The position numbers and the translations under genes were made by a program. The notes beneath the pieces were generated by a model, which was given only the letters and a program-made list of their open reading frames with translations, made no database searches and was not told the origin of the DNA. Below are positions 8,724 to 17,058 of a stretch of DNA of 32,000 nt, one piece after another (positions within the stretch are counted from its first letter, which is position 1; each line of letters begins with the position of its first letter). Source of the DNA: an uncultured Opitutales bacterium. GTDB taxonomy: Bacteria; Verrucomicrobiota; Verrucomicrobiia; Opitutales; Intestinicryptomonadaceae. Location of the stretch: contig CAKTSY010000003.1 of NCBI GenBank assembly GCA_934613415.1, positions 90,001 through 122,000 of the forward strand. The letters are read 5' to 3'.

Positions 8724-9794
8724 TTATAAAAATTTTTCCGCCTTTGCCTGGGCTGTAAGCGCAAGCTCGGCTGCAGCAAACGCGTGTTTTTGCGTCATTG
8801 CGTTTTCGGTATTGTTTAGAATGTCTAAAATAAATTTGCCGAAGAAGGGGAAACCCCTACCCCTGCAGTCTATTCTTTCTACCGATTTGTTGTCGGACAC
8901 AAACAGAATTTGCGACGGATTTTCGGCGTCGGAATAGTCCAAATATTTTCTTATTTCCATATAGCCTTTGTCGCCCAAAACAAATGTTCTGCCGTCGCCC
9001 CAAACGGGCAGGCCGTCGGGGGTAAACCAGTCTACCCTGCAATATCCCGAAGCCCCGTTTTTCATTTTAACGCACGCTTCGCCGAAATCCTGCAATTCGG
9101 GCGTTTCTGGATTTTTAAAATTGCATACTCTGGCATATTCAACTTCGGCTTCGTCGCAGCCCGAAAACTGCAAAAACTGCTCGAATTGGTGCGTGCCTAT
9201 GTCGCACAAAATGCCGCCGTATTTTTCCCTTTCAAAAAACCACTTCGGGCGCGCACTTTTCGACAACCTGTGCGGAGCCATAATAAGCACCTGCAAAACG
9301 TCGCCTATTCTGCCGCTTTTAATAAGTTCGTCGGCAGTTTCGGCGGCTTCGTTGTGTATCCTTTCGGCAAAGTAGGGCATATATTTTAGCCCCGTAATTT
9401 TCACAAGCTCTTTTGCCCTTTCAAGCTGCGAAAGCGTTGTAAAGGGGGGCTTGTCTACAAAGTAGTGCTTGCCCGCCAAAAGCGTTTGTTCGCCTATAGC
9501 AAATCTGTCGAAGGGAATTGCCGCACTTGCAACCAAAACAACGTCTTTGTCGTTTAATATTTGCTCGAAAGAGTCGGCAACCTTCACCTTCGGAAACCTC
9601 TTTAAGAACTCGGCAACTTTTTTTGGGTCCGGGTCGTAAACATATTTGCATTCCGCCCCCGCGTTTATAAGCCCCGTAGTTTGCGCATATATATGCCCGT
9701 GGTCTAAAAACGCGCTTGCAAAAACAAATTCGCCGGCGCCTACAACCTTTTTGCCGCCGCCTTCGGGAACGTAATCGTAGCCAGTCTTTGCCAT
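8724..9794 (-). CDS. Gfo/Idh/MocA-like oxidoreductase with a degenerate dinucleotide-binding loop
   Basis: The family layout is present (AGKHYFVDKP in place of the EKP motif, plus a C-terminal alpha/beta domain). The position of GxGxxG reads FASAFLDHGHIY. The start is 1 nt after the upstream gene's stop (TAA-A-ATG). Confidence 0.7.
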   Translation of the reverse strand: MAKTGYDYVPEGGGKKVVGAGEFVFASAFLDHGHIYAQTTGLINAGAECKYVYDPDPKKVAEFLKRFPKVKVADSFEQILNDKDVVLVASAAIPFDRFAIGEQTLLAGKHYFVDKPPFTTLSQLERAKELVKITGLKYMPYFAERIHNEAAETADELIKSGRIGDVLQVLIMAPHRLSKSARPKWFFEREKYGGILCDIGTHQFEQFLQFSGCDEAEVEYARVCNFKNPETPELQDFGEACVKMKNGASGYCRVDWFTPDGLPVWGDGRTFVLGDKGYMEIRKYLDYSDAENPSQILFVSDNKSVERIDCRGRGFPFFGKFILDILNNTENAMTQKHAFAAAELALTAQAKAEKFL

Positions 9795-9795
9795 T

Positions 9796-10941
9796 TTACC
9801 TGAAAGATTTGCCGAAATCCATAATGCAGTCTTTTACGGTTTCGGTTCTAAGTTTCGAATTTGCGGTTTTTTCGGCAAGAAGCGCGGCGTAGGCAGCGTC
9901 GTTAAACGGGAAATTGATGTCGGAATTTGTCCATGTAGAAAGCAGCATTGCGTTTGCCAAACACACCGACAAATACCCTTGGGCTGGGCTATAAAGCAGT
10001 TCCTCTTTGCCGTTTATAGAATTTACAAAATTCCTTAATACGCCCACATGCTGAAGCCCCTTGTCGGAAAACTCCTCTTGCGAATACTCGGTTTCGGGAG
10101 TGCCGAAAACGTATTTTGTGTTTTTTGTGTAGTCGCTTAAAGTGGTATCCTTAAACATATATTTTTTAAGGAGCTTGCCGTCTTCGGCAACAATGTAGCC
10201 CTTGTCGCCCGAAATTTCGAAGCGGTTTGTGCCGGGGTGCTCGCCGCTGCTTGTTATGAAAGTTGCCGTCATATTTTCGGGGTATTCCATAAACGCGCTT
10301 ACTTCGTCTTCTACCTCAATATCGTGGTATTTGCCGAATTTGCACCATGCCCTAAGGGTTTGAGGCAGCCCGAATATCCACGCAAAGGCATCTATATTGT
10401 GTATGCCCTGGTTTATAAGCACGCCGCCGGCTTCGCCTTTAAATGTGCCGCGCCAAGTGTTGCACTTGTAGTAAACGTCGGGCCTATACCAGTTTGTCAT
10501 ATTCCACGACACCCTGTTTATCTTGCCCAATTCGCCGTCTTTAACAAGCTGCCTAATGCGCGCATACATTGGGTTTGTGCGCTGATTAAGCATAACTGCT
10601 GCGGTAAGTTTCTTTTCCTTTGCAAGGGCGTCTATCTTTAAAATATCGGCAGTGCAAAGAGCCATGGGCTTTTCAACCAAAACGTTTTTGCCCGCGTTAA
10701 GAACTTTGCAAGCCAAGTCGAAGTGCGTAAAAGACGGAGTCGAAATTATCACGCTTTCAACGTCTTTGTCGGCCAAAAGGGCGTCTATATCCGAATAGAT
10801 TTTTTTGCCCTCAAGCTTCGGGTTTTCGATTTTTCTGGTATCGCAAACTGCAACCAACTCGCAGCCGGGAATTTTCCCCGCCGTTATGTTGTCGACATGC
10901 ATAGAGCCTATGGGGCCCATTCCTACAAGAGCTACTTTCAT
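9796..10941 (-). CDS. Gfo/Idh/MocA family NAD(P)-dependent oxidoreductase
   Basis: Canonical N-terminus MKVALVGMGPIGSMH and the motif NVLVEKPMA. Length is 381 aa. It lies 12 nt downstream of uxaC. Confidence 0.78.
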   Translation of the reverse strand: MKVALVGMGPIGSMHVDNITAGKIPGCELVAVCDTRKIENPKLEGKKIYSDIDALLADKDVESVIISTPSFTHFDLACKVLNAGKNVLVEKPMALCTADILKIDALAKEKKLTAAVMLNQRTNPMYARIRQLVKDGELGKINRVSWNMTNWYRPDVYYKCNTWRGTFKGEAGGVLINQGIHNIDAFAWIFGLPQTLRAWCKFGKYHDIEVEDEVSAFMEYPENMTATFITSSGEHPGTNRFEISGDKGYIVAEDGKLLKKYMFKDTTLSDYTKNTKYVFGTPETEYSQEEFSDKGLQHVGVLRNFVNSINGKEELLYSPAQGYLSVCLANAMLLSTWTNSDINFPFNDAAYAALLAEKTANSKLRTETVKDCIMDFGKSFR

Positions 10942-10953
10942 CGTATATACTAG

Positions 10954-12360
10954 TTAGAAGTTGAAATAGTTTTTTGCGTTGTAGTACGAAACGTTTTTAA
11001 CCAAGTCGCCGACCAATTCAAAGTCGTTCGGCAAAAGGCCTCTTTCCATTTCGGAACCCAAAATGTTGCACAATATGCGGCGGAAATATTCGTGGCGCGG
11101 ATACGACAAGAAAGACCTTGAATCTGTAAGCATACCGACAAAGTTTGCCAAAAGCGAAAGCTGTGAAACCGACTCTATCTGCTTTTTAATGCCGTCGCCC
11201 TGGTCTAAAAACCACCAGCCGCTGCCGAGCTGAAGCTTGCCTTTTACGCCGGCTCCCTGGAAATTGCCCAGCATTGTGGCAAGCATTTCGTTGTCTTTCG
11301 GGTGCAGGTTATAGAGAATGGTTTTGCCGAGACAACCTCTGCTATTTAGGTTGTCTAAATGCAGCGAAAGCTCTTTTGCGAAAATGCTTTCGCCAATCGA
11401 ATCGAAGCCCGTGTCGGGGCCCAGCTTTTTAAACATTATGGAATTGTTGTTGCGCATTGCGCCAATGTGAAGTTGGCGTACCCAGTTTGCCTTGCTGTCC
11501 ATAACGGCGCATTCGGTAAGAACTGCGCTTTTAAACTTTGCAACTTCGCAGTCGCACAATGGGGCGTTGTCTAAAATCTTTTTAAAGATTTTGTTTAGCT
11601 CTTCGCTTGAAGCTTCGGCATACCACATTGTATCCAAGCCGTTGTCGGAAAGTTTGCAGCCGTTTTGGTCGAAATAGTCGTGCCTTTGCTGCAACGCCGA
11701 AATAAGGTCGTCGAAAGAACTTATCTTTACGCCCGAAACCGCCGAAAGCGTTTCAAGATATTTAAAATATTGGGGTCTGTCGGCAATGGCGTGCGCTTTG
11801 TCGGGCCTAAAGGCGGGCAAAACTTTTACGCCGAACGGCTTTTGCGCAATTTCTTTGTGGTACGGCAATTCCGAAACGGGGTCGTCTGTCGTGCAAACGG
11901 TTTCGACATTGCACATTTGCATACATTTGTGGGCGTTTAGGCCGTTCTTTAAAACTGCGTTTGCCCTGTCGTAAACCTCTCTTGCGGTTTTAGGCGACAA
12001 CAAAACATCGTCTATGCCGAAAAAGCGCGACATTTCCAAATGCGTCCAATGGTAGATCGGGTTGCGCAAAAGTCTGGGCATAGTTTCGGCAAACTTTTCA
12101 AACCTTTCGTAGTCGGAAACGTTTGGGTCTGTGCAAAACTTTTCGGCTACCCCGTTGCTGCGCATTGCGCGCCATTTGTAGTGGTCGCCGTAAAGCCAAA
12201 CCTGGGTTACGTTGTCCCACGACTTGTTTTCGGCAACCTCTTTTGGTTCCAAATGACAGTGATAGTCTATAATCGGCAGGCCTTCGGCGTATTCGTGATA
12301 CAGCTTTTGAGCCGCCTTGGTTTCTAGATAAAAGTCCTTATTTATAAAATTGATTGACAT
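10954..12360 (-). CDS. uxaC: Glucuronate (uronate) isomerase
   Basis: Matches the remembered UxaC N-terminus (DFYLETKAAQKLYHEYAEGLPIIDYHCHL). With the ATG at 12358-12360 the length is 468 aa. The ORF-track TTG start at 12384 adds 8 residues absent from known UxaC. Confidence 0.9.
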   Translation of the reverse strand: MSINFINKDFYLETKAAQKLYHEYAEGLPIIDYHCHLEPKEVAENKSWDNVTQVWLYGDHYKWRAMRSNGVAEKFCTDPNVSDYERFEKFAETMPRLLRNPIYHWTHLEMSRFFGIDDVLLSPKTAREVYDRANAVLKNGLNAHKCMQMCNVETVCTTDDPVSELPYHKEIAQKPFGVKVLPAFRPDKAHAIADRPQYFKYLETLSAVSGVKISSFDDLISALQQRHDYFDQNGCKLSDNGLDTMWYAEASSEELNKIFKKILDNAPLCDCEVAKFKSAVLTECAVMDSKANWVRQLHIGAMRNNNSIMFKKLGPDTGFDSIGESIFAKELSLHLDNLNSRGCLGKTILYNLHPKDNEMLATMLGNFQGAGVKGKLQLGSGWWFLDQGDGIKKQIESVSQLSLLANFVGMLTDSRSFLSYPRHEYFRRILCNILGSEMERGLLPNDFELVGDLVKNVSYYNAKNYFNF

Positions 12361-12388
12361 ACCCGCATAACTAAACCTAACCAATGCG

Positions 12389-12404
12389 ATTTTGCAAGCA
12401 AAAT
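12389..12404. promoter_or_regulatory. Perfect 7-2-7 inverted repeat, candidate operator upstream of uxaC
   Basis: ATTTTGC-AA-GCAAAAT lies 29-44 nt upstream of the uxaC ATG, in the 99-bp ffh-uxaC gap. It overlaps possible -35 hexamers (TTGCTT or TTGCAA on the minus strand). Confidence 0.35.
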
Positions 12405-12459
12405 ATGCCCTTTTGGCTCCTGTTTTTTGCGGGAAACGCCCTTTTGGTGCACAGATATA

Positions 12460-13767
12460 TTATTTTTTAAATTTGTTTAAAAGGCGGCTGTTGCCCTTAA
12501 ACATTTTCATAACCTTGCGCATTTTTTCGAAGTCGCGAATAAGCGAGTTTACCGAAGAAACTTTCGTTCCCGAACCGTTTGCAATTCTAAGCCTTCTTTT
12601 TGCGTTTAAGATAGACGGATTCGAACGTTCCTGAAGCGTCATCGAAAGTATTATAGCCTCGGTTTGCTTCATTTTCTTTTCCTCTTTTTCGCCTATCTGA
12701 ATGTTGCCCATACCCGGCAGCATTTTCATTATAGACCCCAGAGAACCGAGCTTTTTTATCTGGCGCATTTGGGCTAAGAAGTCGTTTAAATCGAAGTCGG
12801 CGCGGCGCAATTTTTCGGCCATTTGCATAGCCTCTTTTTCGTCTATGGTTTCCTGCGCTTTTTCGACAAGGCTTACAACGTCGCCCATGCCCAAAATTCT
12901 GCCCGCCATGCGGTCGGGGTAAAATGCGTCTAAGTCGTCTATCTTTTCGCCTACGCCCGTAAACTTTATGGGGGCTTTCGAAATTTGGCGTATAGACAAT
13001 GCAGCCCCGCCCTTTGCGTCGCCGTCTAGCTTTGTCATTACAACGCCTGTAAGCGAAACGGCTTCGTTAAAGTCGCGCGCAACGCTTACGGCCTCCTGAC
13101 CTAGGGCGGCGTCGGCAACAAGCAAAACCTCCTGCGGGTTGCAGGCGGCCTTTAGCCTTTTAATTTCGTCTATAAGCGGCTCGTCTATCTGCAGGCGGCC
13201 GGCGGTATCGAAAATTATAACGTTAAAGCCATCGTCTATTGCCTGCTTTTTGAATTTTTCGGCAATGGATACAACGTCTTTGGAATTCCTGTCGGAGTAA
13301 ACTTTTATGGAATTTTCCGAGCCCAAGGCCTCTATTTGGTCTATGGCAGCGGGTCTGTAAACGTCGCAGGCAACAACGCAGGCTTTAGAGCCTTTTTTGT
13401 TGAAATATTTTGCAAGCTTTGCCGATGTTGTGGTTTTGCCCGAACCGTGCAAGCCAACCATTAAAATGCCCAATGGGCGCACGGGCGAAATTTCGGTTTT
13501 GTCGGAGCCCAAAAGCTCTACAAGCTCGTCGTGGATTATTTTTACAATTTGCTGGCCGGGGTTTACGCCGTTTATAACCTCTACACCCAAAGCCTTTTGC
13601 TTTACGCTTTCTATAAATTCTCTTGCAACCTTAAAGTGAACATCGGCACCCAACAAGGCCTGACGCACTTCGCCCAAAGCCTCGGCTATATTCTCTTCGC
13701 TAATCTTGCCAAGCCCCCTAATGTTTTTAAGGGCTTTGGAAAACCTCTCTGTCAAATTTTCAAACAT
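12460..13767 (-). CDS. ffh: Signal recognition particle protein (SRP54 homolog)
   Basis: Collinear with remembered E. coli Ffh: [55 protein letters not shown], and a Met-rich M domain with RILGMGD. Length is 435 aa. Confidence 0.95.
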   Translation of the reverse strand: MFENLTERFSKALKNIRGLGKISEENIAEALGEVRQALLGADVHFKVAREFIESVKQKALGVEVINGVNPGQQIVKIIHDELVELLGSDKTEISPVRPLGILMVGLHGSGKTTTSAKLAKYFNKKGSKACVVACDVYRPAAIDQIEALGSENSIKVYSDRNSKDVVSIAEKFKKQAIDDGFNVIIFDTAGRLQIDEPLIDEIKRLKAACNPQEVLLVADAALGQEAVSVARDFNEAVSLTGVVMTKLDGDAKGGAALSIRQISKAPIKFTGVGEKIDDLDAFYPDRMAGRILGMGDVVSLVEKAQETIDEKEAMQMAEKLRRADFDLNDFLAQMRQIKKLGSLGSIMKMLPGMGNIQIGEKEEKKMKQTEAIILSMTLQERSNPSILNAKRRLRIANGSGTKVSSVNSLIRDFEKMRKVMKMFKGNSRLLNKFKK

Positions 13768-13824
13768 TCTTTTATGTTTAAAAAATATTTAAGGCATATC
13801 AAACACTTTTTAGCCTGTGCGCAT

Positions 13825-13864
13825 AAAAAAACCGAAAGGCGTTTTAAACCTTTCGGATTTTTTT
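13825..13864. terminator. Intrinsic terminator downstream of the first GH28 gene
   Basis: Stem CCGAAAGG (13832-13839) pairs with CCTTTCGG (13849-13856) around a 9-nt loop, flanked by a 7-nt A-run and a 7-nt T-run. On the minus strand it follows the GH28 stop at 13888. Confidence 0.8.
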
Positions 13865-13887
13865 GAATGCTTTTTGCAAAAAGTTTT

Positions 13888-15372
13888 TTAATTTTTTGCG
13901 GCTTTTGCCTGTGCAATTTCCGCCTTTTCCTTTAGCACTGCCGTTTGTTCAACCTCTAAATTGTTGAAGAAATACGGGTCTTTGCAGTTTAAAGCATTAA
14001 ATGTTTTAAGCTTGCCCGCGGGCTTTTCGAATATGCAGTTGTAAACCCTTAGCATTGAAACATCGTCGGCAACAACGGCATGGCGGTAGTCGGGAATGTC
14101 TTTTACCCTGATTTGCACGTTGTCGAGCGTTACGTTGTTTGCGTGGCGCAAATACAAGCCGAAAGATGGCAACGCAAAATTGAACATAAGACATTCGGGA
14201 TATTTGTTTTCAACTTCGGGAACCGGAGTTGTAGCCATCTTTTCGGTACCCGAACCGAAAACGTTGAATATGCAGTTGCGCAAAACCACGTTCGAAAGCT
14301 CGTGGTCGGGAATGGAAGTAATGCTAGAAGTTACAACCGTTTCGCTGTTGGCAACAATGTCGCTAATTACAACGTCTTTAATATAGCTTTTTTGCGCGTC
14401 TTTGTTGCGGTGGCCAACCCTTATGAATATGGGAACAAAAACGTTCGACATTACCAGGTTGGAAATTGCGACCTGTTCCATATAGCCGCCGTCTACCGCC
14501 TCTAGGGCGATGCCAGCCAAACCCAGCGGAGAGTCGCCCACGCGGCCGTATCTGCCCGAAATCCATTTGCTGGTTTTCCATTTTCTGATATTGTCCTCGG
14601 CGGCCTTTTTAAGCACGCAGTTTGATATTGCTATGTTTTTAAAACCGCCGGCCGATGCCGTGCCGAATTTTATGAAATTGCAGTTCGACGAAACCACACA
14701 GTTTGTTATTGCAACGTTTTCGACAATAAAGTTGCGGCTTTCGCTTTTAAAGCAAATGGCGTCGTCGTCGGTATTTATAATGCAGTCGCTAATTACAACG
14801 TTTTTGCTGTCTATATCAAAACCGTCGTTATTCCAGTTCGAGTGCGCGTAAATCTTCATTCTGTTTACTATAATTGTGTCGCACCTTTGCATTTTGAACG
14901 ACCAAAACGCGGGATTTTTAAGCGTAATGCCCTCTACCCTTATGTTTTTGGAATCCCTAAACAAAATGCCTATAGGACGCCCCCCCGCATTGTCGCCTTC
15001 GTTAAACAAGGCTCCGTTGCCGTTTATTTCTCCCATGCCTTTAATTGCAACGTCCTTTACCTTGTCGCCGAATACTAAAGCCTGCTTATAATTTTCCTTG
15101 CCAGCTATGCCCGAAATAATGGCGTCTCTATCCAAATAAAGAGTTACGTTGTCGCGCAGCATTAAAGTTGCGGTTTTATATACGCCAGCGGGAACAAAAA
15201 CTTCGCCGCCGCCCGTTTTGGAACATTCGTCTATTGCAGACTGGATTTCGTTTGTGCAAACAGTTTTGCCGTCGCCTTTGGCCTTAAAGTCGCTAACAAC
15301 GTTTACCGAACGAGCCCAAAGCCCGCAAGCCGCAAACACCGCCAACGATATAAATAGAGCAGATTTCTTCAT
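13888..15372 (-). CDS. Secreted GH28-family (polygalacturonase-like) right-handed beta-helix glycoside hydrolase, paralog 1
   Basis: Signal peptide MKKSALFISLAVFAACGLWA. N-terminal module VNVVSDFKAKGDGKTVCTNEIQSAIDEC..GGGEVFVPAGVY. Catalytic-type motifs NNDGFDI and TDDDAICFKS. Repetitive beta-helix turns (IxNC or IxNV). Confidence 0.7.
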   Translation of the reverse strand: MKKSALFISLAVFAACGLWARSVNVVSDFKAKGDGKTVCTNEIQSAIDECSKTGGGEVFVPAGVYKTATLMLRDNVTLYLDRDAIISGIAGKENYKQALVFGDKVKDVAIKGMGEINGNGALFNEGDNAGGRPIGILFRDSKNIRVEGITLKNPAFWSFKMQRCDTIIVNRMKIYAHSNWNNDGFDIDSKNVVISDCIINTDDDAICFKSESRNFIVENVAITNCVVSSNCNFIKFGTASAGGFKNIAISNCVLKKAAEDNIRKWKTSKWISGRYGRVGDSPLGLAGIALEAVDGGYMEQVAISNLVMSNVFVPIFIRVGHRNKDAQKSYIKDVVISDIVANSETVVTSSITSIPDHELSNVVLRNCIFNVFGSGTEKMATTPVPEVENKYPECLMFNFALPSFGLYLRHANNVTLDNVQIRVKDIPDYRHAVVADDVSMLRVYNCIFEKPAGKLKTFNALNCKDPYFFNNLEVEQTAVLKEKAEIAQAKAAKN

Positions 15373-15500
15373 ATATACCTTCTTTTGTTGTTAATCTAAA
15401 AATTTGTTTATAAATTCACAAAAAAGCTAACCGATAAGCATAGACAAGTAAACAAAAAAAATCCGCCAAAAACCGCTCTGTTTAAAAGCCCTATTTTTGC

Positions 15501-15532
15501 AAAACAAAAAGCCCCTCCTAAAACGGCGGGGC
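15501..15532 (-). terminator. Intrinsic terminator downstream of the second GH28 gene
   Basis: On the minus strand, GCCCCGCC pairs with GGAGGGGC (8 bp, one mismatch, 6-nt loop) and is followed by TTTTTGTTTT. It begins about 25 nt after the stop at 15558. Confidence 0.65.
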
Positions 15533-15557
15533 CTTGCATTGAAATATTCTGTTTTGC

Positions 15558-17054
15558 CTATTTTTTTGCGGCAACTTTTTGCGGGAACTGCTCGCAGTTT
15601 TCTATTTTATAGTTTTGGCAGCCTACAAGGTTTATTGTTGCAAGCTTGCCTTCGGGCTTTTCGAACACGCAGTTTAAAAGGCGCAGCCTGTTTGTGTCGT
15701 CCGCAAAAATTGCGTGCCTAAAGTCGGGCTTGCCCCTTACGGCAAACTGCACGTTGTTAAGCGTAATATTGTCGGCATGGCGTATATACATGCCGTAGGC
15801 TGGCATTGCCATTCCGAACATTTCGCTTGCCGGATACCCGTTTATCCTTTCGGGAACTTTTTGGAACGCCTTTTCTACGGGGGCCGACCCATACATATTA
15901 AAGAAGCAGTCGCTAATTGCAACATTCGACAATTCGTGTTCGGGAACGCTTGCAATTATGCAGGGAACGGGGCTTACACTGTTTGCGATAACGTTGCTGA
16001 TTGTTATGTTTCTTATTGCGCTTTTGCGGGCATCTGTGTTGCGGTGGCCTACCCTTATAAGAATGGGTGTTTTTACATCGGTCATAACAATGTTCGAAAT
16101 TGCAACGCCGTCCATAATCGCGCCGTCTACCGCTTCCAAAGCAATGCCGTCTATGCCCATGCGCTTTGAGCCAAGCTCGCCTATGCGTTTTTGGTAGCTC
16201 GCATATTTTTTCGGGTTTATTGCCCACTGGCGCAAATTGTCTTCGCTTGCGCCCTTCATGACAATGTTCGAAATTGCAATATTTCTAAAGCCCTTTACAG
16301 ATCCCGTGCCGAACTTTATAAAGTTGCAGTTCGAAGCCAATATGCAGTTTGTTACCGTTATGTTTTCAATCATAAACTCTTCGTCTTCGCTTTTAAAGCA
16401 AAGGGCGTCGTCGTCGGTATCCACAATGCAGTTGCTTATTACCACATTTTTGCTTTCAATATCGAAGCCGTCGTTGTTGAAGTTTACATGCGAATAGATT
16501 TTAATTCCGTCTACTTTTACCGTATCGCAGCTTTGCATTCTAAACGACCAAAACGCCGAGTTTTTAAGCGTAATGCCCGAAACTTTCATATTCCTGGAAT
16601 CGCGCATAAAAAGGGCTATTGGACGGCCTTCGGTGTTGTCTTTTTCTAAGAAGCTTAAGCCGTTGCCGTTAATTTCGCCCATACCTTCAATGGCAACGTT
16701 TTCTACCTTGTCGCACATAATTAAAGCTTTGTAGAATTTTTGCGAAGCCAATATCCCGTGGCCTACAACTGGGTAGTTGTCGCGGCCTTCTACGCCCAAA
16801 ATCACACTGTTGCGCTCTAAATGCAGTGTTATGTTGCTTTTAAGATATAATGTAGACGTTTTAAAAACGCCTTCGGGAATTATAACTTTGCCGCCGCCGC
16901 TTTTTGCGCATTCGTCTATTGCCGCCTGAATCTGCTTTGTGCAAACGGTTTTGCCATCGGGCACGGCGTTAAAGTCGCTAACAACGTTTACCGTGCGAGC
17001 CCACAGCGAAAATGCCGCCGCCAATATGGATAGTGTCAATGTAAGTTTCTTCAT
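15558..17054 (-). CDS. Secreted GH28-family (polygalacturonase-like) glycoside hydrolase, paralog 2
   Basis: Collinear with paralog 1 over its whole length, with the same motifs (NNDGFDI, TDDDALCFKS, NCNFIKFGT, ILIRVGHRN). Signal peptide MKKLTLTLSILAAAFSLWA. The start is 4 nt after the esterase stop. Confidence 0.7.
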   Translation of the reverse strand: MKKLTLTLSILAAAFSLWARTVNVVSDFNAVPDGKTVCTKQIQAAIDECAKSGGGKVIIPEGVFKTSTLYLKSNITLHLERNSVILGVEGRDNYPVVGHGILASQKFYKALIMCDKVENVAIEGMGEINGNGLSFLEKDNTEGRPIALFMRDSRNMKVSGITLKNSAFWSFRMQSCDTVKVDGIKIYSHVNFNNDGFDIESKNVVISNCIVDTDDDALCFKSEDEEFMIENITVTNCILASNCNFIKFGTGSVKGFRNIAISNIVMKGASEDNLRQWAINPKKYASYQKRIGELGSKRMGIDGIALEAVDGAIMDGVAISNIVMTDVKTPILIRVGHRNTDARKSAIRNITISNVIANSVSPVPCIIASVPEHELSNVAISDCFFNMYGSAPVEKAFQKVPERINGYPASEMFGMAMPAYGMYIRHADNITLNNVQFAVRGKPDFRHAIFADDTNRLRLLNCVFEKPEGKLATINLVGCQNYKIENCEQFPQKVAAKK

Positions 17055-17058
17055 GTTT

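Noticed and set aside
13870-13883. Recurrent TTTTGCAAAA-type palindromes (13870-13883 perfect 14-mer CTTTTTGCAAAAAG; also about 15494-15504, 2421-2430, 19915-19926 and 171-184)
   Set aside because: Most abut the T or A runs of terminators in AT-rich spacers. They are short enough to arise by composition, and their positions relative to gene starts are inconsistent. Only the longer 7-2-7 site before uxaC was kept as a candidate.
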